NCBI GenBank assembly: GCA_017640615.1
Contig: JAEPQK010000007.1
Coordinates: forward strand, 104,407-168,406
Direction: 5' to 3'
DNA: 64,000 bases
DNA from: Rhizobiaceae bacterium
Lineage (GTDB): Bacteria > Pseudomonadota > Alphaproteobacteria > Rhizobiales > Rhizobiaceae
Position numbers and translations under genes: made by a program. The notes beneath the pieces were generated by a model. It was not told the DNA's origin, ran no database searches, and was given only the letters and a program-made list of their open reading frames with translations. Shown piece by piece: positions 36,142-43,888 of this stretch. The first letter of the stretch is position 1; each line of letters begins with the position of its first letter.

Positions 36142-37050
36142 CTACTCGACTGCAACAATCGTGAAGTCTTCGAAGAGCGCGCTCGTCTCCCCGCTTCTGG
36201 CCTTTCTCGACTGGCCGAGCATGAAAAAGGGCTGGCCGAACGGCGTCACGCGCGAAACGGAATAAGTCGATACCCGCTGCAGCCCGCCCGGGCTGTCGCC
36301 ATGCGGCGGCACCTCAACCGCGATGGTCGCGAAATAGCGGAACCCGCGGCGCGAAAGAGTGAGCTTGAACGCGGCCTCGCCGAGGTTCGCGATAATCTCG
36401 TCGCCGACTGCTCGCGGCCCCTTGCTGCAGATGCCGTCGATAATCGGACCGTCAAGAAGATTGTCCGTGAATGAGGTGACGACAGGCTTGTCGCCCTCGG
36501 CCAGACTGCGCCTGTTTTCCACACGCAGATAGAGGCTGGCGCCACAGCCCTTGGTGTAGACATTGAGATTGGCTGCGAGATAGTTTTCGGCATCCGCCCG
36601 CAGCCCCACCCAGACATCCTCGTAGCCCGTCTTGGCGTCGAGCGTCAGGCTGGCGGTCATGTCGAAATCGGTGTCCGGCATGATCCCGTTGACGAGAAAA
36701 ATGTTGTCGGTTTCGACCGTTGCCGGGTGCGCTTTGCCGCCGGCCTGAAGGGCGAAGATCGCGCCGCCGTCGGGTACATATTTGTCCTGATTTTCGTTGA
36801 CGACCGTCCAGTCCTCGGCCAGCTGGCGGCCATCGAATGTGTCGCTGAAGGGCAAGCGGACTTCCGGCAGAACGACCTCTTCACCAATGACAACGTCTGA
36901 CGCCGCAAGGCGCGCTTTTTCCTCTTCCGAAAGCGTTTCTTGTGCCGGTGCGGCTAGAGTGCCCGCCAGTAGTGTGGCGGCTGCGAGGCCAAAAACTTGC
37001 CGTTTCAACCCGCGGTGAACGCCGGGCACGGAATAGCTTTCCAAACGCAT
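36142..37050 (-). CDS. secreted protein, paralogous to the C-terminal domain of the vWA protein
   Basis: Signal peptide ...VFGLAAATLLAGTLAAPAQE. Matching blocks, this protein versus the vWA protein: FSDTFDGRQLAEDWTVVNEN / FVETFDGPEISEAWSFINEN; MPDTDFDM / LPDGDFDL; GICSKGPR / DICGKGRP; LFEDFTIVAVE / FYLDNFAIESI. AGGAGA RBS. Confidence 0.7.
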   Translation of the reverse strand: MRLESYSVPGVHRGLKRQVFGLAAATLLAGTLAAPAQETLSEEEKARLAASDVVIGEEVVLPEVRLPFSDTFDGRQLAEDWTVVNENQDKYVPDGGAIFALQAGGKAHPATVETDNIFLVNGIMPDTDFDMTASLTLDAKTGYEDVWVGLRADAENYLAANLNVYTKGCGASLYLRVENRRSLAEGDKPVVTSFTDNLLDGPIIDGICSKGPRAVGDEIIANLGEAAFKLTLSRRGFRYFATIAVEVPPHGDSPGGLQRVSTYSVSRVTPFGQPFFMLGQSRKARSGETSALFEDFTIVAVE

Positions 37051-37108
37051 CTGGTCACGTCTCCTGTCTTGAGATCGTGACCGCCTAACAAGCTGCCTGC
37101 CAGGATAC

Positions 37109-37126
37109 CTCCCTCAAATGGGAGAG
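37109..37126. promoter_or_regulatory. island palindrome S3: CTCCCTCAAATGGGAGAG
   Basis: Centred in the 139-bp divergent intergenic region. It lies 58 nt from the vWA-operon ATG (37050) and 63 nt from the membrane-protein ATG (37190). Confidence 0.6.
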
Positions 37127-37189
37127 CTATGAAACATTCTTCAGACACAGTTCCTACGTTATTGCGTCGACCTTCAATGGAGCAGTGGA

Positions 37190-37624
37190 ATGAAACCTAC
37201 CCCCGCCGCAAAGGCGGCTTTGCCGGCGATCGCAATCGTAACGGCGCTGTGCGCCGCGCTTTTGCCCGTAGCAGCGGAGGCGTTCGTGTGGTTCGGCTCG
37301 GGCCAGCCGGAGCGCTTTTTCGCCGAACCCCGCACAATCACTCTTCAGATGCTGCTCGCATCAGGGCCATTCTGGGTTACAGCGCTGCTCATCCCGTCTG
37401 GCGTTCTCACCCATAACCGCGGCAGGGTGCGAAACGGTCTTGCGGCCGGCTTTGCGCTGACACTCGCAATGTGGGCTTGGACCGCATGGGATGGATATAG
37501 CTATCAAGTCGACCCTGGCGCTTCGGGCGGAGCGAATATCGGCCTCGGGCTCGTAATGCTCGCCTCGCCAGCCATGATCCTGCTGGTCATGATTGTGATG
37601 ATTGGCAGAGCTCGCGCCAGCTAG
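37190..37624 (+). CDS. small integral membrane protein (about 4 TM), unknown function
   Basis: Hydrophobic segments LPAIAIVTALCAALLPV, GPFWVTALLIPSGVL, LAAGFALTLAMWAWTAW, IGLGLVMLASPAMILLVMIVMI. GGAG RBS 9 nt upstream. Confidence 0.6.
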   Translation: MKPTPAAKAALPAIAIVTALCAALLPVAAEAFVWFGSGQPERFFAEPRTITLQMLLASGPFWVTALLIPSGVLTHNRGRVRNGLAAGFALTLAMWAWTAWDGYSYQVDPGASGGANIGLGLVMLASPAMILLVMIVMIGRARAS

Positions 37625-37732
37625 GCGCGCGCGACAGATGTGTGCCAGGTAAACAGCGGCTTTGCGCGCGCGCAGAACACCGCCTTATACAGACGAACTA
37701 TTCCATCGGAGCGCTGGGGTGATATGACATTT

Positions 37733-37756
37733 TGCAGCGCGGTATGACGCGCTGCA
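37733..37756 (+). promoter_or_regulatory. 9-bp stem / 6-nt loop inverted repeat upstream of the mutase gene
   Basis: TGCAGCGCG-GTATGA-CGCGCTGCA, 18 nt upstream of ATG 37775. Confidence 0.3.
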
Positions 37757-37774
37757 TCACCTGTGAGGCGCATA

Positions 37775-39916
37775 ATGGACCGGAAACCCGAACTCGAAGC
37801 ATGGCGGGCGCTCGCCGAAAAGGAGATCAAGGGCGATCCGGACAAGCTCGTCTGGCAGACGCCAGAAGGCATTCCCGTAAAGCCGCTTTACACCGAAGCC
37901 GACTTAAGCGGCATCGACCATCTCGGTTCGCTGCCCGGCATCAACCCCTATCTGCGCGGACCCCGCGCGACGATGTATGCCGGCAGGCCCTGGACCATTC
38001 GCCAGTATGCGGGCTTCTCGACCGCAGAAGAGAGCAACGCATTCTACCGCAAGGCGCTGGCCGGCGGGCAGAAAGGTCTTTCCGTCGCCTTCGATCTCGC
38101 CACGCATCGCGGCTATGACAGCGACCATCCGCGCGTTGAGGGCGATGTCGGCAAGGCAGGCGTTGCGATCGACAGCGTCGAGGACATGAATATCCTGTTC
38201 GACGGCATTCCGCTCAAGGAGATGTCGGTCTCCATGACCATGAATGGCGCGGTGATCCCAATCCTCGCCTCTTTCATCGTCGCCGGTCAGGAACAGGGCT
38301 GCGATGTAGCGGAACTGTCGGGCACCATTCAGAACGACATTCTGAAGGAGTTCATGGTCCGCAACACCTATATCTACCCGCCCGAACCTTCGATGCGCAT
38401 CGTGTCGGACATCATCGCCTATACGGCGGACAATATGCCGAAATTCAACTCGATCTCGATCTCCGGCTATCACATGCAGGAGGCGGGCGCGACGCTGGTG
38501 CAGGAGCTTGCCTTCACGCTTGCAGACGGGCGCGAATATGTGCGCGCCGCGATCGCTCGGGGGCTCGATGTCGATGCATTCGCAGGACGGCTTTCCTTCT
38601 TCTTCTGCATCGGCATGAACTTTTTCATGGAGGCCGCGAAGCTGCGCGCCGCGCGGCTTTTGTGGTCGCGCATCATGGCGGACTTTAATCCGAAAAAGGC
38701 CTCGTCTTCGATGCTTCGCACGCATTGCCAGACCTCCGGCGTCTCGCTGCAGGAGCAGGACGCCTACAACAATGTCGTGCGCACGGCATTCGAGGCGATG
38801 AGCGCGGTGCTCGGCGGCACGCAGTCGCTTCACACCAACTCCTTCGACGAGGCGATTGCGCTGCCGACAGAGTTCTCGGCCCGCATTGCCCGCAACACGC
38901 AGCTCATCCTCAATCATGAGACCGGCGTGACCAAAGTCGTCGATCCGCTCGCCGGCTCCTATTATGTGGAGAGCCTCACCAACGAACTGGCCGAAAAGGC
39001 CTGGGCGCTGATGGAAGAAATCGAGGCCATGGGCGGCATGACGAAGGCGGTCAATGACGGCTATCCCAAGCGGCTGATCGAAGAGGCGGCGACGCGCAAG
39101 CAGGCGGCGGTCGACCGTGGCGACGAGGTGATCGTCGGCGTCAACAAATACCGGCCCGACAATGACGACAAATTCGAAATCCTGACCATCGACAACAAGG
39201 CTGTGCGCGAGGCGCAGATCAAGCGGCTGGAGCGTATCCGCCGGCAGCGCGATCCGAAGCAGCTTGAAACCGCGCTTGAGGAGCTGGCGCGGGTGGCCAG
39301 TACCGGCGAAGGCAATCTGCTGGCGGCGGCTGTGGAAGCGGCTCGCGCCCGCGCCTCGGTCGGTGAGATCACCGAGGCGATGCGGCGGGCCTTCGGCGAC
39401 CACAGGGCAGAACCCGAGGTCGTGCACGACGTCTATGGCCCCGCATATCGCGATGAGCCGGAATACAAGACGCTGGTCGAGCGCTTCGCAGCGCACGCAA
39501 AATCCTCAGGCGCAACGCCGAAGATCATGGTCGCCAAGCTCGGCCAGGACGGGCACGACCGCGGCGCCAAGATCATCGCATCTGCCTTCGGCGATATCGG
39601 TTTCGATGTGCTGGCAGGGCCGCTGTTTCAGACGCCAGAGGAAGCCGCGAAGATGGCGGTCGAGCGCAAGGTCCATGTGGTGGGCATGTCGTCGCTCGCG
39701 GCCGGCCACAAAACACTTGCCCCGCAGCTGATCGATGCGCTCAAGGCGCAGGGCGGCGAGGATATCATTGTCGTTGTCGGCGGTGTCGTGCCGAAGCAGG
39801 ACTATGAGTTCCTCACCGACAATGGCGTGGCCGCAGTGTTTGGCCCCGGCACCAATGTGCTAGATGCGGCACGCGCGGTGCTCGATCTGCTGGAAGGGAA
39901 GAGAAGGAACGCTTAG
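37775..39916 (+). CDS. methylmalonyl-CoA mutase, large (single-chain catalytic + B12-binding) form
   Basis: Highly characteristic sequence ([22 protein letters not shown]..., C-terminal [24 protein letters not shown]12-binding motif). ATG 37775 with a GAGG RBS is preferred to GTG 37763. Confidence 0.95.
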   Translation: MDRKPELEAWRALAEKEIKGDPDKLVWQTPEGIPVKPLYTEADLSGIDHLGSLPGINPYLRGPRATMYAGRPWTIRQYAGFSTAEESNAFYRKALAGGQKGLSVAFDLATHRGYDSDHPRVEGDVGKAGVAIDSVEDMNILFDGIPLKEMSVSMTMNGAVIPILASFIVAGQEQGCDVAELSGTIQNDILKEFMVRNTYIYPPEPSMRIVSDIIAYTADNMPKFNSISISGYHMQEAGATLVQELAFTLADGREYVRAAIARGLDVDAFAGRLSFFFCIGMNFFMEAAKLRAARLLWSRIMADFNPKKASSSMLRTHCQTSGVSLQEQDAYNNVVRTAFEAMSAVLGGTQSLHTNSFDEAIALPTEFSARIARNTQLILNHETGVTKVVDPLAGSYYVESLTNELAEKAWALMEEIEAMGGMTKAVNDGYPKRLIEEAATRKQAAVDRGDEVIVGVNKYRPDNDDKFEILTIDNKAVREAQIKRLERIRRQRDPKQLETALEELARVASTGEGNLLAAAVEAARARASVGEITEAMRRAFGDHRAEPEVVHDVYGPAYRDEPEYKTLVERFAAHAKSSGATPKIMVAKLGQDGHDRGAKIIASAFGDIGFDVLAGPLFQTPEEAAKMAVERKVHVVGMSSLAAGHKTLAPQLIDALKAQGGEDIIVVVGGVVPKQDYEFLTDNGVAAVFGPGTNVLDAARAVLDLLEGKRRNA

Positions 39917-39918
39917 CT

Positions 39919-40243
39919 GTGCGTCCTTCGAGGCTCGCCTTCGACAAGCTCAGGCTCACACCTCAGGATGAGGACCGAAGCCGCGGTTTCCCTCCCCTTC
40001 CAAGGGAGGGTGCCGAGCGAAGCGAGGCGGGTGGGGCTGATTCATGCCGTGCTTCTACACCCGCACCCGTCCAATCGCCTTTCGCCTTCGCCCTGCCGGG
40101 CACGGCGAACATACCGGCGATTGTCCACCTTCTCCAACGGGGGAGAGAAATCGCAAAACTTCCAACATGCACCAACCTCACGGCGACAATGCTCAACAGC
40201 CCTCATCCTGAGGTGCTTGCAATGCAAGCCTCGAAGGACGCAC
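39919..40243. repeat. palindromic intergenic mosaic element (long form, MITE/RIME-like)
   Basis: Termini: block A GTGCGTCCTTCGAGGC (39919-39934) and block B CACCTCAGGATGAGG (39959-39973), mirrored by B' CCTCATCCTGAGGTG (40201-40215) and A' GCCTCGAAGGACGCAC (40228-40243). The interior carries further CCCTCCCC...GGGAGGG hairpins. It fills the convergent gap between the mutase and the MoaD-like gene. Confidence 0.8.
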
Positions 40244-40254
40244 GAAGGAGCCCT

Positions 40255-40560
40255 TCACCCGCCGCTGATTGCCGTCAGCACATAAACGTCCGCGCCCGGC
40301 GCGAGCGGCGTTTCCAGCGTTGCGCGCTCACCTTCCACGAAGATGTTCATGTGTTTGCGGATTTTCGGAGTGGTGTCGCAGATGCGGTCGCGCATGCCGG
40401 GCCATTTGTCGTTGAGCGCATCGACCATGTGATCGACATTGCCGGCAACGACGCTGGTGCGGCGAGGCGCACCCGGAAACAAGTCGGCAAGAGGCGCTGC
40501 GAGCGTGACATTCACCTCGCCCGCATTCGCCGTGGCGGCGCTGTCGCTTCGCTGATTCAT
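40255..40560 (-). CDS. MoaD/ThiS-family ubiquitin-like beta-grasp protein with C-terminal Gly-Gly
   Basis: 101 aa ending ...PGADVYVLTAISGG. Its start overlaps the stop of the BNR gene (TAATG). Confidence 0.7.
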   Translation of the reverse strand: MNQRSDSAATANAGEVNVTLAAPLADLFPGAPRRTSVVAGNVDHMVDALNDKWPGMRDRICDTTPKIRKHMNIFVEGERATLETPLAPGADVYVLTAISGG

Positions 40561-41639
40561 TAGCCGACAACCACCGTTTCCACCGAGTGGATCGCCGGCA
40601 GGTGCTCGGCGATCGCAACCCAGCTGTCGCCTTCGTCGTTGCTGGCATAGAGCGCGCCGCCGCCGGTTCCGAAATAGACGCCGGCCTTGTCGAGACTGTC
40701 GGTCGCCATCGCCTGGCGCAGCACGCCGAAATAGGCGTTCTCCTGCGGCAGGCCGTTGCGCAAATCCTGCCAGGTCTCTCCCGCGTCGCGTGTGCGGTAA
40801 ACGGCAGCCGCCGCGTCCGGCATATAACGGCCGACCGAGTCGCCGTTGAGCGGCAGAAGGAACAGCGTGTCAGGATCGCGAGGATGCGCCGCGGCCGGGA
40901 ATCCAAAAGCCGACGGAAGGCCGGGCTCGATGCTTACCCAGCTCTTGCCGGCATCGTCGGAGCGATACATGCCGCAATGGTTTTGCTGATAGAGGCGGTC
41001 TTTCATGCCTGGCGCCTTGACCACGCAATGTACGCATTGGCCGAACTCCGGGTAGCGTTGATCCTCCGGCATGAAATCGGCGCGTGTCCCTTTGTTGCGG
41101 GTCTCCCATGTCTTGCCGCCATCGTCGGATCCGAAAACGCCAGCTGCGGAGATGCCAACCCAGATGCGTCCGTCATCGTCAGGATCGGGCACAAGCGAAT
41201 GCAGAATGAGCCCGGCGCCACCAGGGTTCCAATCCGGACGTGTCGGGTGCTTTTGCAGCCCGTCCATGTGCGACCAGCTGTTGCCGCCGTCGGCAGATGA
41301 AAACAGCCCCGCCGGCTGCACGCCGGCATAAAGCGTGCCGTTGCGCCGCGCCAGACTCCAGACCTGGCTCACAGGCTCCTTGCCCTCCTCATAGGCGAGG
41401 CCTTCGCTGGAATGGCTCCAGGTCTCGCCGAGATCGTCGGACTTCCAGACAGCCGGACCGAACCACTCTGAACCACCGCCGGCGTAGATCGCGCCGGTCT
41501 CGGGGTCGGCGATCGCATGGTTGATGGGCCAATGCTCGCAATAGGGTCCCCGCAAGCTCCAGTCCTTACGCGCCGTATCACTCTCGGCGATGAACAGCCC
41601 CTTCTTGGTTCCGACCAGAACCAGCACCTTGTCCGCCAT
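40560..41639 (-). CDS. BNR/Asp-box repeat beta-propeller protein (sialidase-like fold), no signal peptide
   Basis: Six Asp-box motifs: SDDLGETW, SADGGNSW, SDDGGKTW, SDDAGKSW, TRDAGETW, SNDEGDSW. Start set to MADKVLVLVG, preceded by AAGGAGGA. Confidence 0.8.
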   Translation of the reverse strand: MADKVLVLVGTKKGLFIAESDTARKDWSLRGPYCEHWPINHAIADPETGAIYAGGGSEWFGPAVWKSDDLGETWSHSSEGLAYEEGKEPVSQVWSLARRNGTLYAGVQPAGLFSSADGGNSWSHMDGLQKHPTRPDWNPGGAGLILHSLVPDPDDDGRIWVGISAAGVFGSDDGGKTWETRNKGTRADFMPEDQRYPEFGQCVHCVVKAPGMKDRLYQQNHCGMYRSDDAGKSWVSIEPGLPSAFGFPAAAHPRDPDTLFLLPLNGDSVGRYMPDAAAAVYRTRDAGETWQDLRNGLPQENAYFGVLRQAMATDSLDKAGVYFGTGGGALYASNDEGDSWVAIAEHLPAIHSVETVVVG

Positions 41640-41735
41640 GTGTTCCTCCTTGCGTCCAATCATTCCCACTCAAGGACGTTCGAAGAAGCCTAACACCGAC
41701 AGCGCTGACTGAATATTCGAGATTATTTCGGGCGT

Positions 41736-42083
41736 TCAGTCTGTGTCTGATTTCCGCGGCTCTAGCATCGCGTGGATATGCTCGCGCGCCGCTTCTTCAG
41801 CGGCGGCTTCAATAGCTCGGAAGCGGACGAGCATTTCTTTGCCAGCTGGCGTGAGGCGGGCTCCGCCGCCCTGCGCGCCGCCAGCCCGCGTCTCGACTAC
41901 GGGCGTGCCGAGCAACCGGGCCGTCTCGTCGACCAGATCCCAGGCGCGCTTGTAGGACATACCCATGGCGCGCGCGCCGGAAGAGATGGAGCCGGTTTCG
42001 GCGATCTTTTCCAACAATGCGACCTTGCCCGGCCCGATACGGCCGCCATCGTCGAAATCGATACGCAGGCTGAGCACAGGCAT
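41736..42083 (-). CDS. modE: ModE-like molybdenum-responsive regulator, DNA-binding domain only
   Basis: GPGKVALLEKIAETGSISSGARAMGMSYKRAWDLVDE...GGAQGGGARLTPAGKEML is the ModE/MopB N-terminal wHTH. At 115 aa there is no Mop/TOBE domain. Last gene after modC. Confidence 0.8.
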   Translation of the reverse strand: MPVLSLRIDFDDGGRIGPGKVALLEKIAETGSISSGARAMGMSYKRAWDLVDETARLLGTPVVETRAGGAQGGGARLTPAGKEMLVRFRAIEAAAEEAAREHIHAMLEPRKSDTD

Positions 42084-42095
42084 GAGAGGCCTCCT

Positions 42096-43187
42096 TCAGC
42101 GGGCTGCGGCCACCGCGTCAGGGCCGACGCTAACCGTCTTCACCACGGCGAAAACAGGCTGTCCGGCCTCGAGCCGCAAACGCACCATCGAGAGTTTGGT
42201 GATGCGGGCGACGATAGTTTCGCCGCCGCAATCGATGCGGGCATCGAACATGTTGTCGGTAACCGGCTCCAGTGCCGCGAGCGTGCCGGCCAGCACATTC
42301 TGGGCGCTCAGGCCTACGGGCTTTTCGGTCGCGATCATCACATCGCGGGCCCGCAATCGAACGCGCACCACGGTGCCCAGCGTCACCGCCATCCTGGGTA
42401 CGATGACTTCGCCGGCAGCGGAGCGCAGCCGCGAAACGCCGAAGACCTGATCATGACCCGACACCCGCATCTCAAGTACGGCGCCGCCCTCGCCCATCTC
42501 GTCAGCGGGCAGAAGATCGAGCCGCGAAAGTATCGCCGCGGTTGGGCCCGCGGCCGCGACCTTGCCGTCGCGCATGACAACGACATTGGTCGCAAGCCGG
42601 GAAACCTCGGCAACAGAGTGGCTGACATAAACGATCGGTATGCCGGCCTCGTCGCGCAAGCGCTCCACATAAGGCAGGATTTCGCCCTTACGCGCCTCGT
42701 CGAGCGAGGCCAGCGGCTCATCCATCAGAATGAGGCGCGGGCTGGCCAGCAAGGCACGGCCGATGGCGACCCGCTGCTTTTCGCCGCCCGAGAGCTTTTC
42801 CGGCCGTCGGTTGAGCACATGGCCGATGCCGAGCAGATCGACCACTGTGTCGAACTCGGCGTAGCGCTCGCCGCGCGGCGCGAAAAAGCGGCCATAGCGC
42901 AGGTTTTGCGCGACGCTCAGATGCGGGAAAAGCCGCGCGTCCTGGAACACGTAGCCGATGCGCCGTTTCGATGCTGGCAGGAGAATACGGCCGCCAGTGT
43001 CGGCAAGGACGCGCCCGTCAACAGTGATGCTGCCGCTGTCCGGCCGGAGAAGGCCTGCAATCAGATTGACCAGCGTGGTTTTGCCAGAACCGGATGCGCC
43101 GAACAGCGCGGTCAACTTGCCCGCGCTCTCGAAGGCGGCATCCAGCGTGAAATCGCCCAGACGACGCGTGACATCGACCGACAGCAT
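42096..43187 (-). CDS. modC: molybdate ABC transporter ATP-binding protein
   Basis: Start set to MLSVDV (overlaps the modB stop). Walker A GASGSGKTT, signature LSGGEKQR, Walker B LILMDEPLASLD, and a C-terminal TOBE/Mop-like domain. Confidence 0.9.
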   Translation of the reverse strand: MLSVDVTRRLGDFTLDAAFESAGKLTALFGASGSGKTTLVNLIAGLLRPDSGSITVDGRVLADTGGRILLPASKRRIGYVFQDARLFPHLSVAQNLRYGRFFAPRGERYAEFDTVVDLLGIGHVLNRRPEKLSGGEKQRVAIGRALLASPRLILMDEPLASLDEARKGEILPYVERLRDEAGIPIVYVSHSVAEVSRLATNVVVMRDGKVAAAGPTAAILSRLDLLPADEMGEGGAVLEMRVSGHDQVFGVSRLRSAAGEVIVPRMAVTLGTVVRVRLRARDVMIATEKPVGLSAQNVLAGTLAALEPVTDNMFDARIDCGGETIVARITKLSMVRLRLEAGQPVFAVVKTVSVGPDAVAAAR

Positions 43188-43888
43188 CACGCGCCTCCCC
43201 TGCGGCGCGCAATGCGGCGCGCAAGAAGCTCGGAGCCAACAAGTGCCGCCATCGAAATGGCGATGGAAATGACCGTTAGCCGGATCGCTGCGCTCTCGCC
43301 GCCCGGCACCTGCAGGAAGGTGTAAATCGCGGTCGGCAGCGTCTGCGTTTCTCCCGGAATGTTGGAAACGAAGGTGATCGTTGCGCCAAACTCGCCCATT
43401 GCCTTGGCGAAAGCCAGGATCATGCCGGCGAGGATACCGGGCAACGCAAGTGGCAGCGTCACGGTTGCAAGAACCCACAAACGGCCTGCGCCAAGCGTGG
43501 CCGCCGCCGCTTCGAGCTTGGTGTCGACCGCTTCCAGCGAAAGGCGGATCGCCCGAACCATAAGCGGGAAGCCCATCAGCGCGCATGCGAGCGCGGCTCC
43601 GGTCCAGCGGAACGAAAATGTGACACCGAGATACTCGGCGAAGAATGCGCCGGCAGGGCCCTTTGCGCCAAAGCTCAAGAGCAAAAGATAGCCGGTCACG
43701 ACCGGCGGCATGATCAGCGGTAGATGGACCAGACCGTCAAGCAGGATGCGGCCCGGAAAGCGGCCCCGCGCCAACACCAGCGCCACCAGAATGCCGAAAG
43801 GCAGGCTGGCAAGCGTTGCCCAGAACGCTATGCGCAGCGACAGCTTCACCGCGCTCCATTCGTCCGGGCCGAGGCCGAGCCAGTCCAT
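43187..43888 (-). CDS. modB: molybdate ABC transporter permease
   Basis: 233 aa, five or six TM segments, with a typical ModB/CysT-type EAA region (LEAAAATLGAGRLWVLATVTLPLALPG). Confidence 0.9.
   Translation of the reverse strand: MDWLGLGPDEWSAVKLSLRIAFWATLASLPFGILVALVLARGRFPGRILLDGLVHLPLIMPPVVTGYLLLLSFGAKGPAGAFFAEYLGVTFSFRWTGAALACALMGFPLMVRAIRLSLEAVDTKLEAAAATLGAGRLWVLATVTLPLALPGILAGMILAFAKAMGEFGATITFVSNIPGETQTLPTAIYTFLQVPGGESAAIRLTVISIAISMAALVGSELLARRIARRRGGA

Noticed and set aside
37129-37416. 95-aa ORF whose ATG sits 2 nt after palindrome S3 (GGGAGAGCTATG looks like SD plus start)
   Set aside because: The product is Arg-rich with no features. The overlapping 37190 frame encodes a convincing 4-TM protein with its own GGAG RBS. 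The other three palindrome copies have no start codon at equivalent spacing, so the motif is not simply an RBS.
37625-37673. Two alternating (GC)n tracts, GCGCGCGCG ... GCGCGCGCGC, about 30 nt apart, after the membrane-protein gene
   Set aside because: They could pair as a stem or be Z-DNA prone. With a ~30-nt loop and no T-tract I cannot support a terminator call; this is probably low-complexity sequence.
37625-37774. Possible cobalamin riboswitch upstream of the B12-dependent mutase
   Set aside because: I recognised no B12-box or conserved riboswitch core. Only a short 9-bp hairpin is present.
37904-39496. 530-aa ORF on the minus strand
   Set aside because: It is antisense to the unmistakable methylmalonyl-CoA mutase gene, so it is a shadow ORF.
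39919-40563. 214-aa ORF on the plus strand
   Set aside because: Its first half is read through the palindromic mosaic repeat and its second half is antisense to the MoaD-like gene.
41772-43325. 517-aa ORF on the plus strand
   Set aside because: It is antisense to modE, modC and modB, which have clear family signatures.
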